Part shown: piece by piece, positions 51,751-63,310 of the stretch
How positions within the stretch are numbered: the first letter of the stretch is position 1
How the letters are laid out: every line of letters starts with the position of its first letter
NCBI RefSeq assembly: GCF_018977255.1
Contig: NW_024704742.1
Location: 113,276,001-113,340,000 of the forward strand
Direction of reading: 5' to 3'
DNA length: 64,000 nucleotides
From: Callorhinchus milii
Taxonomy: Eukaryota
Notes under the pieces: generated by a model
The model's input: only the letters and a program-made list of their open reading frames with translations
The model's database searches: none
What the model was told of the DNA's origin: nothing
Position numbers and translations under genes: made by a program

Positions 51751-53380
51751 ATATGATTAATATGTAATTAGCATATAGGCGTATATAGCATTTCATATCA
51801 TCCAAAATTTCACCACATATTGAGGGATCAGGAAGTGGCTTGTGTTAAATCCAGTCGCATTGTCTTGAGAAGATGCTAAATCTAAACAAGCTGGGTGCAT
51901 CCTGGAGGAAATGAGTGACCAGATGTATGAGAGTTCAAAGGCACAAAATAAATTGTACCTGGGAATGAAAGATGCAGAACCTCGATATTCAGAAACGGTG
52001 TTACACATGAATCAAAGAAGATCACTGGCCCTCATTGGAGAAATGTTCAGGAGCATGTAATGGGATGCTCTCAATTCTACAGGGATGATGGAAATGTCAT
52101 CCATGGAATGCAACCAGCCAGGGATGAATAATGGAGATTGTGATGTTAGATTGAGATCTGACAGTTTGCACTCCATTCCCTTCAGGGGTCAAGGAGAAGC
52201 TTCACAGTTTTATCTGCTTAGAAATGTTACCTGTGGCTATTCAGCTCACTGGGGAGATCAAATAAAGTGTGCAGGTTCCACGACAGTGCAAATTGTACCT
52301 GTTCTGTTGAAGGGTAGACCTTGATAACATCTAATGTCAGAGCAATAGAATTGCAAGAAAATCGTTACATTTTTTCATACGACCAAGTACCTTGCAACAT
52401 TGTTAAGTACAATATGATCACCCTACAACGACTTGCATATATAACCCCATAATAATGATAATAATCCTTTCCTGATTTATCTTGCCTTCTCTCTGTTCTT
52501 TTCAACATGATCTTACACTAAATAATAATAATAATCCTTGTATTTGATATAGCACCTTATCACTTCTTCGAGACATCTCAAAGCGCTTCACGAATATGCT
52601 GTAAAGTGAATTGACTGTAATATCTTGTGGGCGAAACGCGGCAGCCAATTGCACACAGCAGTGTCTCACACACAATCATTGATTGAAGTGACCAATTATT
52701 TTGTCGAAGGAATTATTACCACCGGAAAAGCGATCCACCAATCGACTAACAACCGAGTACCTACTTACTGATAGTTAAACAGAGGCTTACCTTGGGAATG
52801 CTGAGAGACCGTAAGGAAAGGCACAGAAAAAAACAGTGAAAAAACTAACCTCTGTTACAAAGTTCTCAGGATCTAGCTTTCAACAATTCATCCAAACCTT
52901 CTTTTCTCAAAACTATTAAACTTAATAACTTAAACTTATTAACCCATTTAAGATTGTCCTTAGCACGTGTTTACCCTTTAAAACAGCTTCAGACTGTTTC
53001 CATGAGCTTTACACAAAAGTGATGTCCATTTTGTCTATGAATTTCATTTCCAGCTTGAAACAAGGACTGTCAAATAGCTTAAAATGAGTTTGTGTCTGCA
53101 ACAAGTCACACAGATTGAACTTCCCTTCCCTCAGATTCTTATGTCAAAAGCTGACTTAAATTGCAGGAAGGGCTGCTATTTGAAAACAGGGCAGGTTTTT
53201 GATGGATTCATCAAAACGTCTTGTCAGATATTGTTTGTCAATTTCCTGGCTTGCAAACACCAGAGGTTCAGTATTTGATTTAACAATTTCTCATCAGCGC
53301 AGCAGCAGACAGCTCAAACACATTGACACAATTGAAGTGTGAGGAGCACCTCACATGCAATTTTCAAGGATCAAATGATA

Positions 53381-54311
53381 TGCACTGTACATCCAAACAA
53401 CTTTGAATGCTGCTTCCTAAGGCTTTTGCTGCATGCTGTGAGACGCCCAATAAGCTATAAGGATCTTAAAACCGTTGATGACGAAGTCTGTGATACTTTC
53501 TGAGAAGCATGCAAGCAAGAAGCATGTGTACAAGTCCATAGATACTGTTCCTGACATCGAAAATGCTGTCAACTACTCAACTGGGTTTTTAAACTCTGTG
53601 GAAACATCCGGTGTGCCTCCACACAAACCCATACTAAAGCTTGGATAAATAATCATGCTGCGGAGGAATCCAGATGCACCGAAGCTATGCAATGGCACAA
53701 GGTTGGTGGTAAAGAGTTGATACCACATATTATAGAAGCAATTGTTCCAACTGGTCAGTTCAAAGGGGAAGATGTATTCATTCCTCGCATCCCACTGCTC
53801 CCAAGTGACTACAGGTTTGAGTTCAAAAGGCTCCAAATCCGTGTTCAAATATATTTTGTTATGTCAATTAACAAGCACAGGGGCAGAGCTTAAAGGTTGC
53901 TGGCCTTTTCTTGAATACACCCTGCTTTTCCCATAGACAATTCTATGTTGGATGCTCATGTGTGGGCTCATCTCAAAACCTGTACATTATGGCCAAAGGA
54001 GGAAAAACTGCAAATGTCATCTACGGAAAAGCCTTGCAATAACTCGAAGACCTGCCAGATCACACAGTAAACCCCTTCAGTTAGCATAACTTTGATAAGT
54101 TATTGTTCATGAGCTATGACCCTTTGATAGGATCTTTTATCGTTGATGAACTATAACCTAAACAAGCTCATCGCAATTGTATGGCAGTTTCACTTAAGGT
54201 GTTCACACAGTGTTTATGGCGTGTTAAATGGTTTGTGAGTTGTATCACTGAAATCTACATTCCATATTGGATCCTTTGGTAGCAAACGTAGCTGTAACGG
54301 GTACAGTTAGT
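53381..54311 (+). mobile_element. Helitron remnant: RepHel pseudogene fragments (53381-54042) and a possible 3' terminus
   Basis: Hand translation gives TVHPNNFECCFLRLLLHAVRRPISYKDLKTVDDEVCDTF*EAC, then KSIDTV..NYSTGFLNSVETSGVPPHKPILKLG*IIMLRRNPDAPKLCNGTRLVVK..GEDVFIPRIPLLPSDYRFEFKRLQ..FVMSINK..QSLK..CFSH*QFYVGCS..TANVIYGKALQ*. These are Pif1-like Helitron helicase motifs. Confidence 0.9.
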
Positions 54312-54764
54312 TACAACTAAAAGGTAAGTGTACAGGAGAACAGTATAATAGACAAAGGTACAACTTTGACACCATTGTTTCAATGTGGTAACTTTTCTAT
54401 AAAAACATTCTTGGAACGCTTGCTCATTCCCAAGAATCCTGCCTCATCTCTTCCACTGGAGTTTGATTGTAACTAATAAATACAAAATTTGGGAGCCACT
54501 TATCCAATCCTTCTCATTTATACAGCCAAAAGCTATTTGATGGGTAAGCAATTATTAGCCTCTATTTATGCCAGCAAGTGGCCAAAGAACTGTGCAAGTG
54601 CTTTTCATTTGAATCACAAATGCGCATAAGGTTTACATTCATTTTTAGAATGCTGGTGTAAATTGCTCCTTATGGCCCACTGCTCTTGTAAACTGTATGT
54701 ATTTAACATTAGAGCTGTGAAAGTGCTGATAATGTTATTTCGGGGGGGGGGGGGGTAAACTGGA

Positions 54765-54915
54765 TGTCTGACATGTGGAAACCCATCACTATGTTTAAGA
54801 GTATCCAAACCAAACTGAGAGTTCCATGAATCCCAACTACACATGGAAATTCCAGAGATATTTTTTGGAATGGAATGAGCACTCTCTCCCTGGAGGGAAG
54901 CATCCTACTTCCAAG
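54765..54915 (-). repeat. Unclassified old repeat copy
   Basis: It matches 15040-15190 directly and 46915-47060 in reverse. Confidence 0.65.
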
Positions 54916-56589
54916 TCTCAGACACCTTCCATAAACTGTTATCCCAAGTCTCAGAGTTTCCTCATAAGCTTTCAGACAGACATCTGCCCTGAGTGTGGAG
55001 GGAGGACCTTTACAAGACAGCTTGTGATGTGCAAAAAAATGCTTCAAAATTCGATTCTGGACACTGTGAAATGTCACATAAAAATAATGAATTTAAACCT
55101 CGTGGAATTTCTCTCTTCAGCAGCCTTGCTGCATTTCAATTTCATTGGTGTTATTGGAAGGAACCCGTAAAACTGCAATCTGCCACTCATTAGGAATGGT
55201 GGATATTTTTCTAAACATTGAGAGTGACAGAAACCCTATAAAATAATCTTTCTGGCAAGTTGTTAAAGAGACATAATGACCCGTACCAGGTTTACATATC
55301 ACCAATTGCATAATCCAAATTCTCATGTGAGCGACATGCCCACCATGAAACCAATTCCACTGCCAGGGTGCTGCGAAACAGGTTAATCTAGGCCACAGAT
55401 ACCTCCCCACAGCTACTTTTCCTTGTTACCACAAGTCCACATCACAACATGTTCCTCGACCTCACAACTGGACCAAAGGAAAACCTTCTGTTGCCTGCTC
55501 AGGAGCTCAGAACAATCAAGGGGGACTGTTTAAAGGGTGTATACAAAGGGATCTATCTATCATTTGTAACTTTAATCTCCGCTTCTGAGATTTTTCAAAC
55601 TGATGGACATAAACAGAGAGACAATAACCTGATTCATCAATGGACGTGAGAGATAAAATGTTTATTGTGATAAAGTTCTACTACATTTCAGTGAATTCTT
55701 CTGTTGATTATGTGGACTTTACTTTGGAAAAAATAATTGTTCATTATTACTAAAACAACCAATGTGGAAAATGACAGCAATTCAGAAGTTCTCTTTAATA
55801 ATGCAAGAAAATTAATAATGCAACAACAAGATTACATTTGTATTGTGCCTTTCATGTCAGGAGGACATCCCAATTTAAGAACAAAGATAACCTGACATCA
55901 CACCATAACTAATTTCTAATGCAATATAAAGATTCCCAATCCCTCCCTCGGCAATAATAAACATCAAAAAAATCTATGTTCCCCCAACCAAACTGTTTAA
56001 AATTGTGTCATTAATCTGAATGTGTCAAGAGCTACATTTACTCAATGACTGATAGGACTGAATATCATTCTGCTATGGCAAACCAATAGGGGAATCATAA
56101 CTTGCACTGGAAATTCTGCTTTGAAATGTTACTTAAATGATATTGGGTTTAATATGATAGGGGCTTATCATCTATTCTATATCATCATTACAGTTAATGG
56201 AAAGGGATTTTACTTGAAACATTTCTTAATTGTGAATCGTTCGCACAGACTTTGATCTATAGTGGGCTCTGGTGTACACTTGCTCTGTGAATAGAGATGC
56301 AGAATTTACTTTGCAGCTCAGATTTGTAATAGAACTGAATAGGATCAGGACGATTTAAATCATATTAACACTCAAAGTGTATAGTACCTTACACAGATTT
56401 GTATAATGGTGTTTTATAGCTTTACTCAGAGTTTGAGGGCACTGATACATGTCACAATTCCTTTCATGGTTTATCATTAGTGTTGTATATGCTCTGCCTC
56501 TTTAAGAATAACTATTTTAAGTATTGGAGATCCTTTGCACTGTGTAAAATATATGCACATGTTAGACATTATCATGAATAAATACATTA

Positions 56590-56785
56590 CAAATTTACAT
56601 TGATACGCCTTTCATATTGGGAGGACTTCCCAAGGGGATGGACAGTCTAGGGTTTGCATCTGAGCTGGGGGTGGGGGCTTTGAGGGTCAAACGTTCGGTC
56701 AAAGAAAAAGGTCTTGAGGTGGACCCTGAAGGAGACAAGGGGAGGGGCGATTCGAAGGGCCTCAGGAATGGAGTTCCAGAGAGGA
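56590..56785 (-). mobile_element. L2 3'-end fragment
   Basis: It contains 'aatttacattg..ctttcatattgggaggacttcccaagg..aggtcttgag..ggaatggagttccagag'. Confidence 0.7.
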
Positions 56786-57244
56786 CTTTCTATAAATATT
56801 ATGAACAACTGAGGTAAAGTTTGAGATGTTTACTGTGTTCTTTATGTTAAATAATAGAAGGAACAAGTTATGAATAAGTTCCTCTGTTGTTGTTTGACAG
56901 GGAGATGGAAAAATTTAGAAGTAGTATAGATGGTGTGGTTGAGTTTTGTGTGCTAAAACAGTCCTAGACTCAGAAAGAACTGAACTATGCCTCTAGGAAA
57001 TATTCATATATCCTTTTTGTCAGAAGAACTTGGGAGCACACAAAACTGTACCATCTAGGATTGAATACAGATGTTCCAGAATAGTTTTCCAGCCACTAAC
57101 AAATACCAGAGACCATTAGAGTAATAGATGTATTAGCCATTAAACCACCAGACATTTCAGATCACTGACGTTTAAGCCATTAATTAGATGGTCAATGCTT
57201 TCTGTTGATAGCTGATTAACAGTGTTCTTCACAAAACAGTGTTT

Positions 57245-57936
57245 GTGGAGTCCTGTAGCTCAGTGGTTAGAGCACTCGCCTCTCAAACGAGAAACCTGGG
57301 TTCGATTCCCGGCAGGGTTTGCATCTGAGCTGGGGTGGGGGTTTTGAGGGTCAAAGGGCGAGAAAGGTCAGGGTGAAACCTTGGGCAACTTTCCTTACTC
57401 TACGCTCCTGATAATAATCCCTCAAAGAAAAAAATTTGGGGACTCAATTAACGACTGTTTGTGGGACACTGCTATAATAATAATAACAATAATCCTTGCA
57501 TTTGATATAGCACTTTTCACGTCGGGAGGCCATCCCAAAGCGCTTCACAGAACACACTGTAAAGTGAATTGACTGTATATTTGTGGGCGAACGCAGCAGC
57601 CAATTGCGCACAGCAATGTCCCACAAACAGTCGTAGATTGAAAATGACCAACTTATTATTGTTTGGGTTTTGGAGGGATTATTATTAGGCTCTGTGTGGA
57701 GTAAGGAAACTTGCCCAAGGTTTCGCCCTGTCTGGAATTGAACTCAGGTCTCTCGCTTGCAAAGCAAGTGCTCTAACCACTGAGCTACAGGACTCCATGA
57801 TGCTATGCGCAATTGGCTGCCGAATTTCACCCACAAAATATACAGTCAATTCACTTTACAGTATATTTTGTGAAGCACTTTGAGACGTCTAGAAGATTTG
57901 AAAAGCGCTGTATCAAATGCAAGGATTATTATTATT
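57245..57936 (+). mobile_element. Host tRNA-derived SINE (57245-57475 plus 57807-57936; TAGAA loop) carrying two insertions
   Basis: The head is at 57245, the core is split at gggacac-tgctat-gcgcaattgg, and the tail is at 57875-57936. Confidence 0.9.
57476..57800 (-). mobile_element. Full-length young SINE (CTCCC loop) nested antisense in the host SINE
   Basis: The TSD TGCTAT lies at 57470-57475 and 57801-57806. Confidence 0.92.
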
Positions 57937-59118
57937 TTAACAGGCAAGAATTACTTTAAAATATAAAGACAGCAACAAACAGCAACAATGTTTATTTATA
58001 TAGTACCATTCCCGTACAGGGTAATGTCTCAGACCGTTTACGCTCATCAAACAACAAGGTAAGCAGCAGGTATCAGCTTAGCAATATCGATTGCCAATTT
58101 AATTGGATATACTGTAGATTTATTCAATGGAGGTAGATTTAAATAATTTAGCTAAGACCAGACAAGCACAAGTAATAATAATAGTACTCCTTGCATTTAA
58201 TATAATGCCTTAGCATGTCTCAAAGGTTTCACAGAATATACTGTAAAGTGAATTGACTGTATATTTTGTGGGCAAAACAAAAATTTCAAGTGCAAAGTAA
58301 AAGGTTTGAGAATTACTTTACGGAAGCATTCAAACAGATTCAAAGAATCCAAGCTCTTGGAGTTTGTGCCATATTCTACCAAATACCCAGGAATGGAGAA
58401 AGAAAGAAAACAACTCATTATGAAATGTAGAAAAACTTCTATTTATATGCACTTTGAATACTCAAGGCCTGAAATCCCAGGCAGTCTTAGCCCTTAAGAA
58501 AATAGCCAGCTTCGAAATTAAGGCTGAATTCATTCAAGAATTTAAAAAAATGCAATCTTCAATTTTTAAACAGGCTAATCTGACAGGCTAAAATTTGGTG
58601 GAAATTCTTTTAAACACAGATTAGGAAACAACATTATGGGATATAGTACATAGGTAGTTTAGGAGAAAAAAAATAATAAATTGGTCATTTTCAATCCACG
58701 ACTGTTTGTAGGACACTGCTGTGCACAATTGGCTGTCACTTTTCGCCCACAAATATACGGTCAATTCACTTTACAGCATATTCTGTGAAGCGCTTTGAGC
58801 TGTCTAGAAGATGCGAAAAGCACTTTATCAAATGCAAGGATTATTATTATTATTATATGTGCATTCGACCGCCAGGAAGGTGGAAGGCAAACTAGATGGA
58901 CCTTGGTCTTTATTCGTCTAGTATTTCTTATGTTCTTATGTTACGTTAATTTCATGCCATCCGTGTTCAAATAAGAATCAAAATAAAACTTTTGATGCAG
59001 GTTGTCTCAAGTTTTGTCAGATTGTAAAATAACAACAACAACCAAATGCTCAAGCTTTTGTTCCCCGAGGTTTCAATAGATGTTACATTCCCAAGCAGCA
59101 AATGCTGGTTTTGTAATC

Positions 59119-59910
59119 AAAACACAAAATACTGCAGATGCTGGAAATCTGAAAGAAAAGCAGAAGTCGCTGGGAACACTCAGCAGGTCAAGCAGAATCT
59201 ACGGAGAAAGAAAAGTGAGTCAACGTTTTGGGTCCACGAGCCTTCGTCAGAACTGGGCCATGTTGAGAGGGAAAGGCTTTTAAGGACTAACAGAGAGGGG
59301 GGAGACAGGGCAAGGAAGACAAAGGAGAAAATGGGGTAAAGGACAGGGGATGATGGGTTAAAGAGGTGTTAATAATGCAAAATAAAGGGGGCAGGGGAAA
59401 TTGCAACAAAACAGGCAGACCAGAGAGAGAAAAGGTGTGTCTGGGACCCAGATGATGTGGTAATGATCACAAAAGAGGGGGAGGGGGAAGTTGAGCTGTT
59501 ATGGTCTGAAATTATTGAAATCAACATTGAGGCCAGAGGGCTGTAAGGTCCCTAGAAGATATATGAGATGCTGTTCCTCGAGCTTGCGCTGTGGTTCATT
59601 CGAACAGTGTAGGAGACCATGGATGGATAGGTCAGAGTGAAGGTGGGAGGGAGAATTGAAGTGGCAAGAAATCAGAAGCTCAGGCTTGTGCTTGCGGACA
59701 GAATGGAGGGATTGGGCAAATCGGTCAACCAATCTGCATTTGGTCTCCCCAATGTACAGGAGACCACATCGTGAGAAGCGAATGCAATATACTACGTTGA
59801 TGGTAGTACACGTAAATTGCTGTCTCACTTGGAGTGACTCACTTTTCTTTCTCCATAGATGTTGCCTGACCTGCTGAATATTCCTAGCGAATTCTGTTTT
59901 TGTTGCTGGT
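59119..59910 (-). mobile_element. Penelope-like retroelement, 5'-truncated: GIY-YIG endonuclease end, pseudo-LTR, and an inverted partial pseudo-LTR
   Basis: ORF 59499-59828 reads 'FTCTTINVVYCIRFSRCGLLYIGETKCRLVDRF..HFNS..RKLEEQHLIYLLGTLQPSGLN', which is a Penelope GIY-YIG domain. Positions 59835-59910 are an inverted copy of ~59146-59222. Confidence 0.92.
59218..59254 (-). ncRNA. Degenerate minimal (type I) hammerhead ribozyme motif in the Penelope pseudo-LTR
   Basis: The minus strand reads agtt-CTGACGA-a-ggctc-gtg-gaccc-AAAAC-GTT-gact. This gives a CUGANGA box, stem II with one mismatch, GAAA decayed to AAAA, a palindromic ACGT stem III, an NUH triplet and stem I agtt/gact. Confidence 0.7.
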
Positions 59911-62499
59911 TTTATGTTTCTTTCACCACTATTAATCTTTTTCCTTTTGAACTAGTTTGCAAATTCCCCTTTTCACATCATTATCTGATGTTAAAAAGAG
60001 AGGTACTCTCCCTTCACCTTTTAACTTCACAAAAGAAAAAAAATGAGCAAACCCAGAGATTTAAATTTAAACTCCAAAGCTGACTGTATTCTTACAGGGC
60101 TGACTCCAAATAGTTTGGAAGTTTATTAACTTGTGTTTGTGCACACTGTTCTGATTAGATTTCCTTGCTTTTGACTTGATTTCTCCAAAGATATTCAATC
60201 AAAGACAATAAATTATTGAGGATATATCCTTTGGGAGACCACAAGGATGAAGTAAATCATGCTCTCAGGAAAAATACCTTTCTGGAGCAAAGGGAATTTA
60301 TTTGTTACACTAATCAGTCACAGTTTGGGTTATAGTGTGAGATATGACAGAAGTAAGTAATCAAAGTAAAGGCAAAATACTAAAAGTAAAATCATTAATA
60401 GGAAAAGCATTTTGACTAGCTTAGCAATAGTAATACTCCTTGCCCTTATTGTAGTGTTTTGGTTTATTTAAGTTGTTAGTTTCTCATGTCAAAGTATTTG
60501 GTGCAGATTGGCCCCAAATCACATACTAATAAAATAATAATCCTTACATTGGGAGGATGTCTCAGAGTGCTTCACAGGATTTACATGAAAGTGTAGTGAC
60601 TGTATATTTGGTAAGATAATGCAACAGCCAATTTGCACACAGCAGTGTCCCACAAACAGCCATGACCAAAAAAGTAAATATGTAGATGAACAAAACCAAT
60701 TGCAGAAATTCTTAAAAAGTAGAAAAAACAGTTTTGAATAGGTTTGTGTTATTTAATTATATAATTTCAGCTTTAAATTATTATATTGTAGGATTTATTT
60801 TATAATGTAAGACACTGTACTTTGATATAGCGCCTATAGCAATGAAATGTCTCAAAAGAGGGGATTTCTGTAAAATGTTCACAGGTGATTTCTGTAAAAT
60901 GTTGTAACTGTATTTGTCGGCAAACATAGCTACTAATTTGACCACCACAAAGTCCCGTAAACATTCATGAAGTGATCAATATTATCTGGGGGATTGCTGG
61001 CCAGGACACCAAGAGAACCTCACTTATGTTTTCGAATAGCATAATAAGATCTTCAAATCACACCCAAACAGTGAGATGGATCTTAGTTTATTGTTTAAAC
61101 ATCCTGTTTATGGTGCTTCTAATAGAATGGTCCAAGTCTCTCAGGAATAATGATGTTAAACAATTGACAAGTGGTATTAATTCAATTTATTGCATGGTAG
61201 GTTAGTTGGCTTTATTGCAATCTCATGTGTGTCCAATTAGAAGAAACAGGCCTCAATTGTGACCTTGCACCAATACAACAACAACAACAACTTGGATTTA
61301 TATAGCGCCCTCCACGCCGGACAGCGTCTCAGAGCGCTTCACAGCAACGGATCCCAATGACACTTAGACAGAACTATGGACTCAATATTAGCAATAACCC
61401 TGCAGCCTTGAGTCACTGATGTCTTCCTGAAAGGACCATCATATCTGTGAAGGTTTCCCCATCTTCTCTTATACAGCATCAATGTGAAATTGCAAACATT
61501 TCGATGCAAGCAAATGCAAATTTATCAACCATTGCTTGTATTTCCAATAAAAAGTTGTATTATTTGCAATTATATCTCCCCTCCTTTTAATTCTGTAAAG
61601 GAACTGCTCACTTCCAAACTACAATTCAACATTGATGACTCCTTTGATTACACTGACAAAAAAGTGGACTGCCAACCAGACAATCTCTTATTGTGAGATG
61701 GAGCATCCTTGCATCTCGTCATTCTCCAGATGGTGTACATAATCAAGAATTTAAAGTAAATTGACTATCACAGTGACAGCCAGGCTTTGATTGACAGCCA
61801 ATCCTGAGACTTAAACCTGCAACCATCTGTAGCTGTCCCTATCCTATGTTACTTAACCTAATGTATTGTTTATCTCATTTCATTTGTTCACGAAAAATTA
61901 GTATGTTCCCTATCACTTGCAGCCTGGAATTCAGTCACAGAGAAAGCTGGATCCTTGAAATCTAACTGAAATCCTGTTGAGAAATGCTAGTCTTCTGAGA
62001 CATTTATGGGTGTATCTCATTAGCTCGATTATGTGCAATTGTCTTGTTGATGTACATTGTGTTCCTATTGCTAATGAACTTTGAATATTCAGTCAAGAAA
62101 CCAAATGAGATCTAATAACATGCCTAATTAAACTATAGCATACAATATTTACACTGCAGTTCACTCAGTGCAATGATTCACTTGCTCCATTCGCAATGGT
62201 TTAAAACCTCAGCAATTACCTCTGGCTAGATGTTAGTATCTGAGAATGCAATGCCTGCTGCACCATAATGAACTCTAATTTGCAAGGGTTACAAAAGGAT
62301 TTGCAAGCAGCAAAGGCTTCAGGGCCCAATTGTACATAGAATCTACATCACTGAAAGAGGATAACCGGCCCAACTAGTCTGTGCTGGTGTTTATACTACA
62401 CATAAGCCTCCTAATCCATTCTCCATAGCCTCACCCATATCCTCTATTCCATATCTCTCATGTATTGACTGGAACTCCGCTTTGATGCTAATTTCAGTT

Positions 62500-62925
62500 C
62501 CAACTATAGTGAAGCCTCAAGATCCTTGCCTTCACCTTTTACTCCCCTGCCCGGTCTTTCCCCACCCTGCTTCTACGATCTCGTCAAACCGTATTAACCC
62601 AGCCACTACCTTTCCTCAGCAGGCACCTATCTGCTCCATGTCCCCTACCACCATCTCCCCCCTCCCTTCTCCATACAATCAGCAATTGAGGTTCCAGCCT
62701 ATCTGCCTCCACTTTCCGGAACTTTATCCTAGAGTCTCTCTGACAATCTCTCTCCCTCACCTCTATCAAAGTCTGTCTCGAGACCTTCCTCTTTGATCAT
62801 GCCTTTGGTCATCTTTCCCCTCCCCACACACCTCAGCTCCCATCCCCTGCTCGGATGCCAAGACAGGACTGTTAAGTGCCTTAGGATGTTCTCCCTTTGT
62901 GAAGGACACTATATAAATGTAATTT
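62500..62925 (+). mobile_element. Older L2 3'-end fragment
   Basis: It has a C-rich 3' region ending 'gccttaggatgttctccctttgtgaaggacactatataaatgtaatttt'. A CR1 tail fragment (~62335-62480, -) precedes it. Confidence 0.7.
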
Positions 62926-63310
62926 TGACCCCAACTGGGGTCAAAGCAATTCCTAAAGCCTGGCAGAAGATCAGTATCTCAATGGAACCCTTGAGAGTGA
63001 GCCTGAGACACACACAGATACCTGCACGATCTGCTAGTTATAAATCCTTTTGTGACTCTCACAAATTTGACTCTAAAATTTAATGAATTAAATTGTTACA
63101 GACAAGCAGTTATTCTCCTTCTGTTAGTAAATGTACCAACATTTAGAGGCAGGCACACATTTTTCGATTGTTAGTTTAGCAATCACATATGATAAGAAAT
63201 CTTATTTTAAATTCACACTGCCAGGGCCAGTAATGTTACTGACATATGGAGAATAACTCAAATATTGAAAAGCGAATGAGTTTGGCTAGATTTTTGTAGT
63301 ACCTGTACCT

